Assembly (NCBI GenBank): GCA_013239625.1
Contig: MU053561.1
Coordinates: 1,118,826 to 1,182,825, forward strand
Reading direction: 5' to 3'
Length of the DNA: 64,000 bases
Source of the DNA: Lama guanicoe
Taxonomy: Eukaryota
A model generated the notes under the pieces. It saw only the letters and a list, made by a program, of their open reading frames with translations. It was not told where the DNA came from and searched no databases. Position numbers and translations under genes: made by a program. Positions 12,833 to 26,274 of the stretch are shown in pieces (the stretch's first letter is position 1; each line of letters opens with the position of its first letter).

Positions 12833-13534
12833 CTCCACTGTACTGTAAATGTTTCCATTTCCTTGCACACACTCCAAGACAGTTTGGTCTTCCGTGGATT
12901 CTTCTCACTCATTTTTGCAGCCATGTATCGTTTCATCTTGTACTACTTCTTGAGAATAATGAGTCCCATAATCATAGAATCTATCATGAAAATTTGTTTA
13001 TTCCATCTGTGTTTGCTGATGTCCAGCCTGAGACAGTTGTCTCCTAACGAAAGAGTGTGTGTACTGGATGCACAGACTTATGATTCGTAGATCCTCGCAT
13101 GTTCCCTTTCAGTCTGCCCCAAATTCTTAACAACTCAAGCAGTCACCTGCCCCACAGTTCCTTCAATCATTTCAATGACTCTTCTCCAGTTCTTCAGCTC
13201 CATGACTGTTTCATCTTGTAGGTGGAGCCTTAAGCTAGGAATGACATAGAAATGGAGTGGGAGGAAGTGACAGCACAGGAGAGAGGGAAGGTGAGTTGCA
13301 TGTTCTCAAAGAGTGTGTTCAGTATTTGGGGATGCTGTATGTTTGAGGTGTAGTGCCTCTTCTCCTTTCTGGGTGTGGGGTGGTGGAAGCAATGTAAAAG
13401 CGGAACTCTGAGCACTTTGGAGAATAAGCCATACGTAGGTATCCACCAACATGTGAAGGCCGATCTGTACATATGATTTACTCCCTGTCTACATGTATGA
13501 TGGCACCATTTTGTGTAACAGTAGATAAGGTCAG

Positions 13535-13785
13535 TAACCATAGTAGCTGTCACTCACAGAGCATGGATTTTGTACCAGGTAGGTACTGTGCACTCCTCTC
13601 ACTTTGTTTCATTTAATGTTCCACAAGGACACTACCAGCCTGGTATATGCTTCCCATTTTACATTTAAGGTTACCAAGCCTCAGAAAAGCTAATTATCCA
13701 GGCTGAATACTTAAGACAAACAGCAGGTAAAGCCAGAATTTGAACCCAGATCTGTTTAAATCCACAGCCTGTAATCTTTCTAATA
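13535..13785 (-). mobile_element. MIR SINE
   Basis: cccattttacatttaaggttaccaagcctcaga...agccagaatttgaacccagatctg. Confidence 0.8.
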
Positions 13786-14161
13786 TACATAAAGAACTTT
13801 CCCCTCAGGAACTTAAGTGGTGAAGCTGCAATTTCAGGACTTTTCCAGATAGAAGATTTTGGAAGACCTATTTTTCCTGGAAAATCTTTCCTAAGCGGGC
13901 AGGAAGTCTGATGAGTTGTCAAGACTGACAAGAAAATTCACCCAGCCTGCTTAGTGGTAATTGTCCGGCCTTGCTTGAGGAATGTCTAACCTTCATATTC
14001 ACTAAAAATAAGTTAGACTCTTTGATTGATACGCATTTACTCCTTCAGACCACTGGTGTACCATTTAGACAATATGAAAAACTGACTATTATTATGAAAG
14101 CACTATGTGGATAAAAATATACTGGGTAATAGTGTAACATTGAGGATACAATGAAGTTTAG

Positions 14162-14265
14162 CAGTGCTGATGTCCAACTGGGCCACACTAGGATGGCCGA
14201 GGTCCACTGTCACTGATGAGTGCCTCTGTTATATTAGCTGTTAAACACTTTAAATATTACCCCTA
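14162..14265. mobile_element. Short hAT-Tip100 (Arthur1A-like) element inside an L2 fragment
   Basis: Degenerate inverted ends cagtgctgatgtcc ... gctgttaaacactttaaatattacccct. Confidence 0.45.
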
Positions 14266-15149
14266 AGGATTAGACATAATTCCTATCCTCAAGGAAATTA
14301 CAACCCCATTGGAGAAATGGGATCTAAACATATAAAAACTTTAAATAATGAGAGCAGAATTAGATAAAAATACAGACAATGCTCCGTCCACTTCAGTTTG
14401 TTTCATATTTCTTCCTGGCACGTATTCACCACTGAACAAATGTTACATTTATTTTTTTTCTTACCATCCACTGATACACCTTCAGCACCTCCAACATTGC
14501 TTGGTCCTGTTGAATAAATGAATATGATAGGATTTAAAGCAGAAAGTATGGCTTGGGTGGTGAAGAAGAGTGTCATGGGGGAGTTGAGATGGGAGCAGAA
14601 TCCAGAAGGAAGAGGTAGTTCTGTAGAGAAGTGGTCCAGGCAGGGAGACCAATGTGGACAATAGCAGGGAGTTTAGATAATAGACTTAATGTCTAGGATT
14701 AGTGGGTAAACTACTTTGGCTGGAACAAAGAGGGCCCTGGAAGTGGGCAACTGACATCCAAAGGTATAATGCACAATCCGCAAGAACTCCTTGGAGCATT
14801 TAATTTGAGGACTGACTCTAAAGCACTGCAGAGGCGGAAACTTGTAATGGCCACAGTTGTAATGGTCAGTGTGGAAATTGCTTCCCTCCTCAACCCCTTG
14901 CATAAAGAAGCAGTGTGGATTAAAACACCATCACAGAAAACAACAAATGGAGGTTACAGATCTTTCTGAGCTGACGCTTAGGAAAGAATGTCATCCATGA
15001 GAAATGTGTAAATGGGTAGTGCCGACTGGGATTTTCAGGAGCTTGCAAGAGTCTGATTTTTAGGGTGAGGTTCTGCTTTGTTTGGGTGTCCCCCTGTTGT
15101 AGCATGACTTCTCCATTTAAAATAGAACAACTTGAAATCAATTTAAAGA

Positions 15150-15240
15150 CAGACACATGCGCACATAATTGTGTTACTTGCACATGAGTGTGTGCGCGCA
15201 CACACATACACTCCCACACTCTCACACACATGTGCTCATG
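15150..15240. repeat. Alternating purine-pyrimidine (TG/CG/CA) tract with an 18-bp palindrome
   Basis: gtgtgtgcgcgcacacac at 15188-15205 is its own reverse complement. Confidence 0.85.
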
Positions 15241-16414
15241 CTCCCAGGCACAGCTTCCTTCAGCCTAAATTCTATTTCCCCTCATCTGGCAGCTTTCAGA
15301 ATAATCTCACCCACCTGTTAAATCAGAGAATGTCAAGTTTAATTTATAACAGTGAGTAGAAACAGGATGCTACAGAAAGCATTTTAATTAAAATCCTTTA
15401 ATTGGATACATGCTTCTTGTGAAAAGGGAGCTGTGGAGAGGGCCTCTTTGTCGGCACCTTTCACTCCAGTTGCCAGAGATTGTTGCAGGAATGGCCTTGC
15501 AATTGGAACCAGCCCTCTGGGACGAGGGAGCGGGGCAGGATGGAGGCTGAGAGAGGGAAATTGGGAGCAATAGAGGAAGGACAAAGAGGGCGAATGGCCA
15601 CAGATTTTGTGCAGAAACACAGCCTTGGTGTTTTCCGGAGGCAGTTCTGCCGAAACCTATTGGTATCCTTTCAAGTTGGTTTCTCCTTAATCCTTTCATC
15701 ATCCTTAGGATGGGATGATCTCTAGGGGCAATCCACCAAATGCCCTGACTTCAGACACTGGCTTAGGGAATCTTGACAGTGTAGGTCAAATGGTGAGTGT
15801 GGGAGGTGGACAGATGACAGTGTGGGGTTGGGGGAGGCCCAGCCTTTGCACCTGGGGTTCCTTAAGTGACAGCACTTAGCACTCTCCAGCCCACACTGCA
15901 GGAAAGAAAATGTTGGACTCAATTAGAGGCCAGTTTAAGGAAGGGACTGTGTGCTGAAGTGGGGGGCCCAGCCTGGAAACAATCCCAAGAGCTCATGTGG
16001 GGTGACAGCAGTGGAGCGTGCCAAGAGAGCAGACAGGCTGGAAGTATTTTACTGGAAACACCCGAAGTAGCTGAGAGAAGTGGGAACTGGAAGTAGTTTT
16101 AGTGTCAGGTAGGTTGCCAAGGAGACAGAAGACCCTGGGCTGAGCTCATTAAAGACGGGTAGTATGAATGAGTTTTTACCTTCTTGGTTTTGCTTCAGCT
16201 TGCTGTGCCAGAAGGTGATTCAAAGGGTCTGAATGACACTGATTCTTTCCTGGGAGCTAAGAAACCTGGTACTATGATCTCTTGGTAGAGAGAAGAGATA
16301 CATCTTGATTTTTAGATGTTATTCATTTATTGCTCCTGTTGGGGTCCTAGAGGCCCTGGCTGCCAAGGAAACAATGGTAGATGGTGTTATTTGTTTACAG
16401 CTCTTGGTTTCTTC

Positions 16415-16619
16415 TAGTGGTGTGCTGGTAAGTGTTTACCAACTGGCTTTTAGGGTAGAGAGAAGTCTGATTTGTAGCATTTTCCAACTTCTATGGTATA
16501 AATATTTCCATCATGGTCGATTTCAAAATACTGATGATTTAACAACCAGTTGGCCAAATTCCTGAAATTAAATTATTGGCTGTTGCAAGCCAGTATAAGC
16601 TGGCTCCAACACACCCCTG
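16415..16619. mobile_element. MER63A-like hAT-Blackjack DNA transposon
   Basis: Terminal inverted repeats (t)agtggtgtgctgg and ccaacacacccctg; internal ctgatttgtagcattttcc...catggtcgatttcaa. Confidence 0.85.
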
Positions 16620-16639
16620 GCTCTTTCCTGTCCTTGTTA

Positions 16640-17015
16640 AGCTTTCCTGTGGAAGGTGTTTATTTCTCTCTCCCTTTGACTTTAGGTTGGGCCATATGAC
16701 TTGCGTTGGCCAATGGAATAGAAGCCAATGGCTCAAGACACATCCAAGCAAAGATTTAAATGTGCTTGTATGGTTTGGCTCTGCTCTTCCCACCCCTTTT
16801 GAGTTTCTGCCCTCCATTCTGAGAATAGCGTGCTCCAGTTAGTGACTGATCCTTCAACCTGAGTCCCAGAATGTGAAGACACAGGGGGCTGGCTAAATTA
16901 AGCTGTTTTCAACATAGTCTGGCAGAACCACAGCTGAACTGCAACCCTTGTGTAATGTGAGCAAAGAAATAAATGTTTGTTCTTATAAGGCACTGAGCTT
17001 TTGGGATCTAAATAC
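16640..17015 (+). mobile_element. MLT1 (ERVL-MaLR) solo LTR, MLT1I/J-like
   Basis: ggccatatgacttgcgttggccaatggaat...agaaataaatgtttgttcttataaggcactgag. Confidence 0.8.
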
Positions 17016-17104
17016 TATGGAAATCTTCACCTAATTAATAAATATTGAACAACTCTTGGTACAGAGCAAATACGATGAAATTGTATCTAGGTCATGTAGA
17101 GGAG

Positions 17105-17630
17105 TTAGAGGTTCTCAGATCTGGAAGAAACCTAAAAGCCCAATCATATGATACTTGAATTCCTTCTACAGCATTCCTGCCAAATATTTGTCTGCTTTAG
17201 TTGTCCTCTTTATGCATGACATTCACTCCAATGATGGGGATCTTAGTATCTTTGGAGAGTGTCCACACCAACTTTGGCAGTCTGAATGCTGAAAGATGCT
17301 TCCGCATATAAACTGGAATTCCTTCTCTTTTAGCAGATAACTCATAGCGCTAGTTCGATATTGCAAGGTGATGTGGAAAGTTTAGTGATTTCTCTACAGG
17401 AGAAATCTTCAAGAATTTAAAGACAGTCTATATGACCCATATTTAATCTTTTCTTCGTGCCAAACTCCTCAAAATTCTGAGGAGGAAACATGTAAGCCTA
17501 GAAATTTTTAACCTAATAAAAGTGTTATTAGGTCAAGAGTAAGAATAAAATAAAGATATCTTTCAGACAGGAGCCCTTCGCGTGACATGATTTTGAGGCT
17601 TGTCACCATCTGAGCATCTCCACCTTATAT
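17105..17630 (-). mobile_element. L3/CR1 LINE 3' fragment
   Basis: ttgaattccttctacagcattcctgccaaat; cactccaatgatggggatctt; cttcaagaatttaaagacag. Confidence 0.65.
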
Positions 17631-17648
17631 GTATCGACATAAATAGCC

Positions 17649-18570
17649 TTTTTTTTTTAAAAGTTGAAGTATAGTAGATGTACGGTGTTATGTTAATTTC
17701 TGGTGTATGACATAGTGATTCTGTTCTATATATTTATTTTCCTTTTCCCATTATTTTTGAGTATAGGCCACTGCAAGGTATTGAATATAGTTCCTTGTGC
17801 TATGGAGTAGGACCTTGTTGTTTATTTTATATATAGTGGTGTGTACCTGCAAATCCTGAACTCCCAGTTTATACCTCCCCATCCCCTTGCAGCCTTGGTA
17901 ACCGTAAGTTTGTTTTCTATGTCTTATGTCCGTGAGTCTGTTTCTGTTTTGTAAAAAAGTTCATTTGCGTCATTTTTTAGTATTCCACATATAAGTAATA
18001 TCATATGGTATTTTTTTCTTTTTCTTTCTGGCTTACTTCACTTAGTATGACATTGTCCGGGTCCATCCATATTGCTGCAGATGGCATTATTTTATGCGTT
18101 TTTATGGCTGAGTAGTGTTCCACTCTGTGTATGTGTTTGTACGTGTGTGTTTGTGTGTGTGTGTATAACAACATATTGAATATAGTTCCCTGTGCTATAC
18201 AAAAGAAACTTTAAAAAACTATTTCTATATATAGTGGCTAACATTTGTAAATACCAAATATATATACACACACCCCACAACTTCTTTATCCAGTCATATG
18301 TTGATGGACATTTAGGTTGCTTCCACATCTTGTCTATTATAAATAATGCTGCTGTGAACCCTGGGGTACATGTATCTTTTCAAATTAGAGTTTCTTCTGG
18401 ATATAGCCCCAGGAATGAAGCTGCTAGATCATATGGCAAGTCTGTTTTTAGTTTTTTGAGGACTCGCCATACTGTTTTCCAAAATGGCTGCACCGGACTA
18501 CATTCTTACCAACAAATGCGGGAGGGTTCCCTTTTCTCCACACCTTCTCCACTGTTTATTGTTTGTGGAC
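17649..18570 (-). mobile_element. 5'-truncated LINE-1 (3'UTR plus end of ORF2)
   Basis: T-tail then aagttgaagtatagtagatgtac; ORF2 C-terminal peptide WKQPKCPSTYDWIKKLW. Confidence 0.92.
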
Positions 18571-19036
18571 TTTTTTTTTTTTTAAATTGAAGTATAGTCA
18601 GTTTATAATCTTGTGTCAATTTCTGGTGTACAGAATAGTGTTTCAGTCATACATATACATAGTCATACCTATTCCTTTTCATGTCTTTTTAATTATAAGT
18701 TACTCCAGGATACTGAATATAGTTCCCTGTGCTATACAATATAAATTTGTTGTTTATCTGTTTTATATATAATAGTTAGTATATGCAAATCTTGAACTCC
18801 CAATTTATCTTTCCCCACCTCTTTTCCCCTTTGGTAATCATAAGTTTGTTTTCTATGTCTTTCAGTCTGTATCTGTTTTTAAGATTCCACATATAAGCAA
18901 TATCATGGGGTATTTTTCTTTCTTTGTCTGGTTTCCTTCACTAACAGTGACAACCTCCAGGTCCATCCATGTTGCTGCAAGTGTCATTTTTTTTATGGCT
19001 GAGTAATATTTCATTGTATATATGTTGCGTGTGTGT

Positions 19037-19076
<40 letters not shown>

Positions 19077-20445
19077 CTGTATATATATATATATATGAAA
19101 ACTTGTTTAACCAGTCATCTGTTGATAGACATTTAAGTTGTTTCCATGTCTTAGCTATTGTTATGCTGTGAACATTGGGGTGCATGTATCTTTTCAGGTT
19201 AGAGTTCCCTCCAGATATATGCCCAGGAGTGGGATTGCTGGATCATGCAGTAAGTCTGTTTTTAGTTTTTTAAGGAATCTCCATACTGTTTTCCATAATG
19301 GTTGCACCAGATTACATTGCCACTAACAATGTATGAGGGTTCCCTTTTTTCCCACAGCCTCTCCAGCATTTATTGTTTGTAGACTTTTGAGTGATGGCCA
19401 TTTTGACTGGTGTGAGGTGATACCTAATTGTAGTTTTGATGTGCATTTCTCTGGTAATTAGTGATAATGAGCATTTTTTCATGTGCCTATTGACCATCTG
19501 TATGTCTTCTTTGGAGAAATGTCTGTTTAGGTCTTTTGCCCACTTTTGGATTAGGTTTTTTTTTTGTTGTTATTGAGTTGTAAGAGCTGTTTGTATATTC
19601 TAGAAATTAAGCCTTTGTCAGTTGCATTGTTTGCAAATACTTTCTCCCATTCCATATATTGTCTTTTCATTTTGTTTATTGTTTCCTTTGCTGTGCAAAA
19701 TCTTCTAGGTTTAGTTGGTCCCATTTGTTTATTTTTGCTTTATTTCTGTTACCTTGGTAGACTTCCCCAGGAGAACTTCACTGCAATTTATAACAGCGAA
19801 TGTTTTGCCTATGTTCTCTTCTAGGTTTATGGTGTCTTGTCTTATGATTAAGTCTTTAAGACATTTTGAGTTTATTTTTGTGTATACTGTGAGAGTATTC
19901 TAACTTCATTGGTTTACATGCTGCTGTCCAGCTTTCCCAACACCACTTGTTGAAGAGACTGTCTTTTCTTCATTGTATATTCTTGTCTCCTTTGTTGAAG
20001 ATTAGTTGACCGTACGTGTGTGGGTTTATTTCTGGGCTCTCTATTCTGTTCCACTGATCCATGTGCCTGCTTTTGTGACAATACCATGTTGTTTTGATTA
20101 CTATTACTGTAGCTCTGTAGTACTGTCTGAAGTCTGGGAGAGTTGCTCCTCCAGCTTTTTCTTTTTCTTCAGTATTCAGTATGGGATATCTTCATTTATT
20201 TAAGCCATTGTTAATTTCCTTAATTAATGTTTTATAGTTCTCCATGTATGTCTTTCACCTTCTTGGTCAGATTTATTCCTAAGTATTTTATTTTTTGATG
20301 CAATTTTTAAAAGAATTGCTTTTTTACTTTCTTTTTCTGATATTTCATTGTTGGTGTGAAGAAATGCAGCATATTTCTGTGTGTTAATCTTGTATTCTGC
20401 TACCTTGCTGAATTCATTCATCCCCTCTAGTAGTTTTTGTGTGGT
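18571..20445 (-). mobile_element. 5'-truncated LINE-1 of about 1.9 kb, head-to-tail with the previous copy
   Basis: Second T-tail then aattgaagtatagtcagttta. Peptides [30 protein letters not shown] and MNEFSKVAEYKINTQK. Confidence 0.93.
19028..19096. repeat. (TG)n/(TA)n compound microsatellite in the L1 3' region
   Basis: Directly visible. Confidence 0.95.
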
Positions 20446-20559
20446 GAATGGCTTTATTTCAAGTACAGAGGGATACTCAACTCTGACATAGGTCCAAGAA
20501 ACTAGAAGCTGAAGCTAAGTTTTAAAATATGCTAAAGGCAATGGGAGACATAGCTATCA

Positions 20560-21980
20560 ACCTACGAACGGGAAGAGCTAAAATGCAAACCCTCGGAGGA
20601 GTAGAGTTAATGAGATTGCCCAGCATGTAGCATAGGTATATAAAAGGCTAGAAAACATGAGCAAGAGATTAAGAAACACAGAGGTTAGAAATGAAAGGAT
20701 AATATACATCTAATAGGAGTTCTAAGAAGGGAAGATGGAGAGACTAAGGGTCAGGTAATATTCAGAGATAAATAATAGCTGAGATTTTATCAGAGTAAAC
20801 TTTCTGAACATCTGTTTAAAGAAGTACTTGAGCAAGACTGAGAAAAATATATTCACTTTGTAGTAAAACAAACAGTATTGCAAGAAGTAAAAAGACTGTT
20901 AAATGTAACCAGAGACCAAAGAAGTTGCCTAAAAGAAAAATTATAAAAAGAAGTCAATAGAATAAGACCCTTAAAAAGAGCTAAGGGGAAAAAATCAGAA
21001 ATCCCATCAACCTCAAATTCTGAATTCTTATTCAAGAGTGAGTATTAACCATTTATACATTTCATGAAAGAACTTCTGAAAGACTGTTTTTCAGAAAGAA
21101 AGGACTCAGAAGTAAGGTAAAGCTGTAAGAAGGAACAGAATGCCAAGGAATTAATAAACATGTAGATTTTTAAAAATCACAAAATATGGGAGATAGGTAT
21201 CGTAGTTAATGCATTTAGGGTCCTGCATTTTTTGAAGGACAAGAGATATTGATTAGCTTTAGACTTTATGTCAAATATACATGTTAAAGTTTGAAGGCAC
21301 TTAATAAAAGAATAGTAATAGAAAGCCTAACATCCAGACCTGTGGAGAATTTGCAGAAATGCAAATACAAATCAATACATTTTGGTGAAATGCTGAGAAG
21401 AATGCATACCAACTCTAGGTTATTGGTTATTACCTAGAAGGGAGGGAATGTGATATAGTTGGGGGAGGAAATTCATCAACCATATTTGCAAATTTTATTT
21501 ACTTAAAATATCTGAAGAAAATTAGGCAAAATGTTAATATATTGAATCTGGACAGCAGGAATATCGGTGTCTGTTATATTAATTTTTTTTTTTTACTTTT
21601 TGTATGCTTCTACTTTTCACAGTTAAAAATTCTAATAAGAGTAAATTCAAATGACTACAAGCTTATGGAATGATGCTAAAATTTCCTAGTAGTCAGAGAA
21701 ATACAAATTCAAATAATAATTTGAGATATTAAATTTAGACTGTCAGATAGGCAAAACTTTAAAAGCGCTCTAGTAAAAATTGGTGAAAGAGAAATATGGA
21801 AAAAGAGCCTTTTTTTCTGGTTGGAGGCATAACTTTATTGGAAATTAAAATAAACATACATAAATTCCTTTACCTGGCAATTTTAATTCTGGCCATCTAA
21901 CATCAAAATAAAGGATATTTATTACAGTAATATTAGTATGAGCAAAATATATTTTGTTAATGCAAATGTCATTTTCTACT
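20560..21980 (+). mobile_element. Old L1M/HAL1-like fragments (ORF1-like, 3'UTR-like and ORF2-end pieces)
   Basis: aatatacatctaataggagttc...aataatagctgagatttt; tagtcagagaaatacaaattcaaa; A-rich sense strand. Confidence 0.6.
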
Positions 21981-24900
21981 GAAGTAGGAAGGTTGTATAC
22001 ATATCTGCCTGGCCAAGTGCTGTCTAGGATGCTCTGTGCTAATAATCAGGAACTCTTCTTATTGTATAATCACTTCAGCTGTCCTTCTGGCTGTGGCACT
22101 GGAAATAAAAGGTTAGTTAGTGTTATGCTGAGAGCTTTCTCTTAATTATTTCATTTCCACCTAAATGTGGTTTACATTCACTTAGTGGAAGTCTATGTCA
22201 TTTATACAGGAATCTTAGCAATATTGGTGGCCAACCTCTCAGTGTAGACCAGAAATCCATCTGAAATCATAATTAACCCTAATTGCTCTTAATGCTGGCT
22301 TCTCTCTTTTTACCATAGAGACTTGGCTTTCAAATAAAAAAATTCTCTGCATAAAGTTCTGAAGCTCAAATAATATTTTCAGAAGTGGGTGCCTTGTTCT
22401 GTGTAAATTTTACTTTCCAGAGAGGTCTTCTTTCCTGAGCTTCCTTTATAGGGAAAGAGTACTTACTTATATTGAAACATTTTATGATCTAATAAATACT
22501 TGAAATTAGAACCATTAGGAAGGGATTTTTTTAAAGGCAAAAATTGCAGGGTTTAATTTTGTGATAGAACTTTTTAAAAAAAAATAAGAGATTGATATTT
22601 ACTCAAACCCTGAACAACCATAAAAGAACTATTTTTATTTTCTTTGAAGTGTTGAGTTATTCCCTTCAGATGTGGAGATGGATGTCTACATTATCAAATG
22701 TATAACTTGGGGCCAGAGGGCTGTTTATTTTTTTGGAATCATCCATTACAGGTGGAATACTCATGCTTAGCATATAAACATTTAGACCTTGGTGTCCATG
22801 TAGACAGTCTGATTGAGGTGAGATGACCCATGTGAGGTCATAAACAAGGTAAGGTCCAGCATGGATTTTTTTTTCTAGATTTTTCATTCTACATGCCTTC
22901 CCTTAGATCCATGATCCTTGTAATGTTGTCTTAAAGTAACCTGAATGTTGATCTTAGGTAACATGTACATTTTTAAATGACATTTGATTCTACTGTTATG
23001 AATTAGAAAGTTACTTCTGACATTTAATAAAACCTAAGCATTTTGAGTTACACCAAACACAGCACTATATATTTTACTGGAATTTTTTTCTCACAGTACA
23101 GGATAGCCAGCAGGTCTACCATCCTACTATATAGTCCACAAGCTAATGATGAGAATTCTTGAGCCCGGCCAAGAGGCACCTATTATGGCATTTAAATTTG
23201 AAAGTTAGTTTTAGTTTCATAAGCTTATTGATTAATGTCCCGTAGTAATTTCTGAGATTTTCTAGTGATCTGAGATATTTTAAAAATCATATTAGGTATG
23301 TCAGGCAAAAGATGAAAGGCATTATGATTATAAATAGGCTGTCTCACCTATTCTTATTCATTCTGTGATGCCCAGCATGAATCCATACAAAGGGGAGATA
23401 ATTTTACTCCCAAGGGTTCTCTTCATATATATTATTTACTGGTTGGTCCCCTGTAGCAACACAGCTAGGTCACCCACATCAGCTCATCAAGCCCTAAGGG
23501 ACCTTAGTCAACCTCAGAGAAAGTAAATAGGATAGATGTGTCTAGGCAACATCAAAACAAGTTGATTACAAAGCAAAAACTTCAGGCAACTGAGCAGGTC
23601 TTTCTGAAACCCAGTGCTTTGCTGAATCCGTTTCTGTCCCTTTCCGTCTCTCCACCTCATTTAGCTAGTAGGTATGGCCATTAGAAAGAATGCTCAAATT
23701 TCAAATCCAACAAAGCCTATCTCTTTTAATTAGAGGTTACTGATAGCTGCATATTTCCATCCTGGAAGATCTCAAAGCACTTGAAAATTTTCAGCATGCT
23801 CAAGTATAAACTCTTACTAGGATCATTTCACCTTCCACTACGTGTGTCTACATTAGAGGTGGAATGTGGCTGCTGTTTAACCCCGAGAGGCTTCCTAGCA
23901 CTTGAAGACAGGGAATGAAGAATTCTGTATCCTATTTTCTATTTCCTCTGTGGTTTCAAGAGACAAAGTTGAAACATATCGCTGCCAGACTGAAATCTGC
24001 CAAGCCTTCTGAGCTAGTATCACCAGTATCATCAGCAGGAGCTGAATAAATGCAGATGATCAAGGTCTTGTACTCAGGGCCTTATTGCATACATTGGCAG
24101 GGGATGGAGAAGAGGGGATTCTAGCTACTACATTTCCCATCACTGAGAAAGTCTGAGGGTCCAGAAGCAATTCCGAGGTAGATTCCATGTATAGTACTTA
24201 GAAGGGGCTCACTGATGAAAGGTTGTGGGAAGATCTCAGGGCTGTGATTGTGAAGACTTGGGAATCCTTCATCATGTGTGAAGACAAAGCATTGTAGGTA
24301 AACTCCAGGAAATTGAGTCTCTCTCATCTAGATGGAGAAAACACAATTAAATGGGACCTCTGGGGCCTAGAATTTTCCCTTAAATTTCACTTTTTGTTTT
24401 TGGTCCGTTTTCTTTTTGTCTTTTTTTCAACCCCCTCTTACTTGAAGAGTGATCCATTATTCTAGTCAAAAATTTGAAGATAATAAAAATAAATAACTCC
24501 ATATACCGTGAGCCATAGTTGATTGTTATCAATATTTGGATAAATTTCCTTGTAGGGTTTTACATACTTATGAAGAAAAGAAGGAAGAAGTTCTTAGTAT
24601 TTGTGGTCTACCCAGGCACAGAGAAGTAGAATGTGATTAGGACTGTGTGGGTCATTATCATCGTCCAAATATATTATCTTTAGTGGAAGAGGTGTTTAGG
24701 ACCAGGAATATATTATTGATGACAATACTCTACAATGAATTATCTGGAGAATTTTCTCAGTTCTTCAGTCCCCTACAATAAGCATGCCTTATGATTTTGT
24801 AAGCATCTGTATATCAGGGCTTGGTTGTGATAAAAACAAGGCAAGAATATTTTGAAACTCTAAAATGATGGGGAAATTATTATTTTATTTAGTATAAATA

Positions 24901-26274
24901 AACATCTGTATAATGACACAATCTTCTGACACATCTTATTGATTGATTGATGCTTTTGGAAGGGAGGCTGGCAGGAAATGGATGGTTTTGTGAAATGGTA
25001 CCAGTTTAGAGGGCCTCCAATTGAAAAATAAACCGTCTCTGTCTCTTACATTTAGTGTTCAGACTTTGTGTGTCCTTTTTGGTTCTGTTCATCTATCCAA
25101 AAGGAATACTTGGTAGATATTTTCATTTTCACCATTTTATCCCCAGTGGGTTTGGGCTGTAACAATCATAATTAATTAGGAAGAGAACAGAGGTAATGTT
25201 CTGAGGACAGCTCAAGCTGATTATAAAACCCCACAGATGCCCTGAAGGGGTCCTGTTTTATCAGATGCATATTATGCTAAACTGAATCAAGACGTCCACT
25301 CATCATTTCAGGTGCTGGTAAATGTGTAAAATAGTGTGGAATTTTATGGCCATAAAAGGTCAAGTTTCAAGAGTTTTATTTTTAAAGGAAGTTTCATGGA
25401 ATCTGAAATGTGAAGTCCAATCACACTGAATTCATTGGCAACCAGACCTGCTTAAAGGTGAAACCTTATTTCCCGAGGGGTTTCAAGTCAGAGAGGACAA
25501 AGTCCCCCCAGGTTGCTCCCCCTTCTGCCAGATTTCAGTTATAACAGAGAATCTTTTCACAAAATGCAGCCAATTTATGTTTCAGGAATTTAAAACATAT
25601 TTCATTGGCTCATCTGGACACTGGAAAAATCTTATATTCTTTCCCCAAGTGATTTGGCTGTTACTTTGGCACACACTGAGAACTCACACACCTGGCAAAC
25701 CACCTCAACTTTCCTGATGCTCAGAAGGAGGTCTTCAAACCTAGAAGCATTTTGGATGGTGGGCTATGCTGAATGTTCCCAAACACAAGAAGCATGAAAA
25801 CAGCCATTCACGTGCAGAAATGGGGAGACAGCCTGAGGGTAAGGCAGAGGAGGAAGACAGAGGCTCAAATGAGAAAAGAAAGAGGTGCGGATATACTTGT
25901 GTAGTCAGTTTAATAAGATCAAAGACTTAGCCCGGTAAGTTTATATCTGACTTAATAATGTTCATTCTCAGATACTCAGTCATCCCCTGTGGCTACCTTG
26001 AAGTCAGATTTCTTGTAAAGCCTGGGAGTAATGCAGGGATAATCTTAAAACATTGCCTAATACCCCAAATCACTGTTTACTCTGGTGGGATCACAATTCT
26101 GCAAACACAGGCAAGATCTGTGGCTTGACAGTTACAGTTGCTTCTACTAGTTGTGACTCAGTTGTTGGCTTCACAGGAGCCAGAGGACTCTGGAAGTGTG
26201 GGGAGCTGGAGGACTCTTGGATACACAGATCCAATGTAATAAAACAGTATCCAAGGACATCGTCCATGCTCCAT

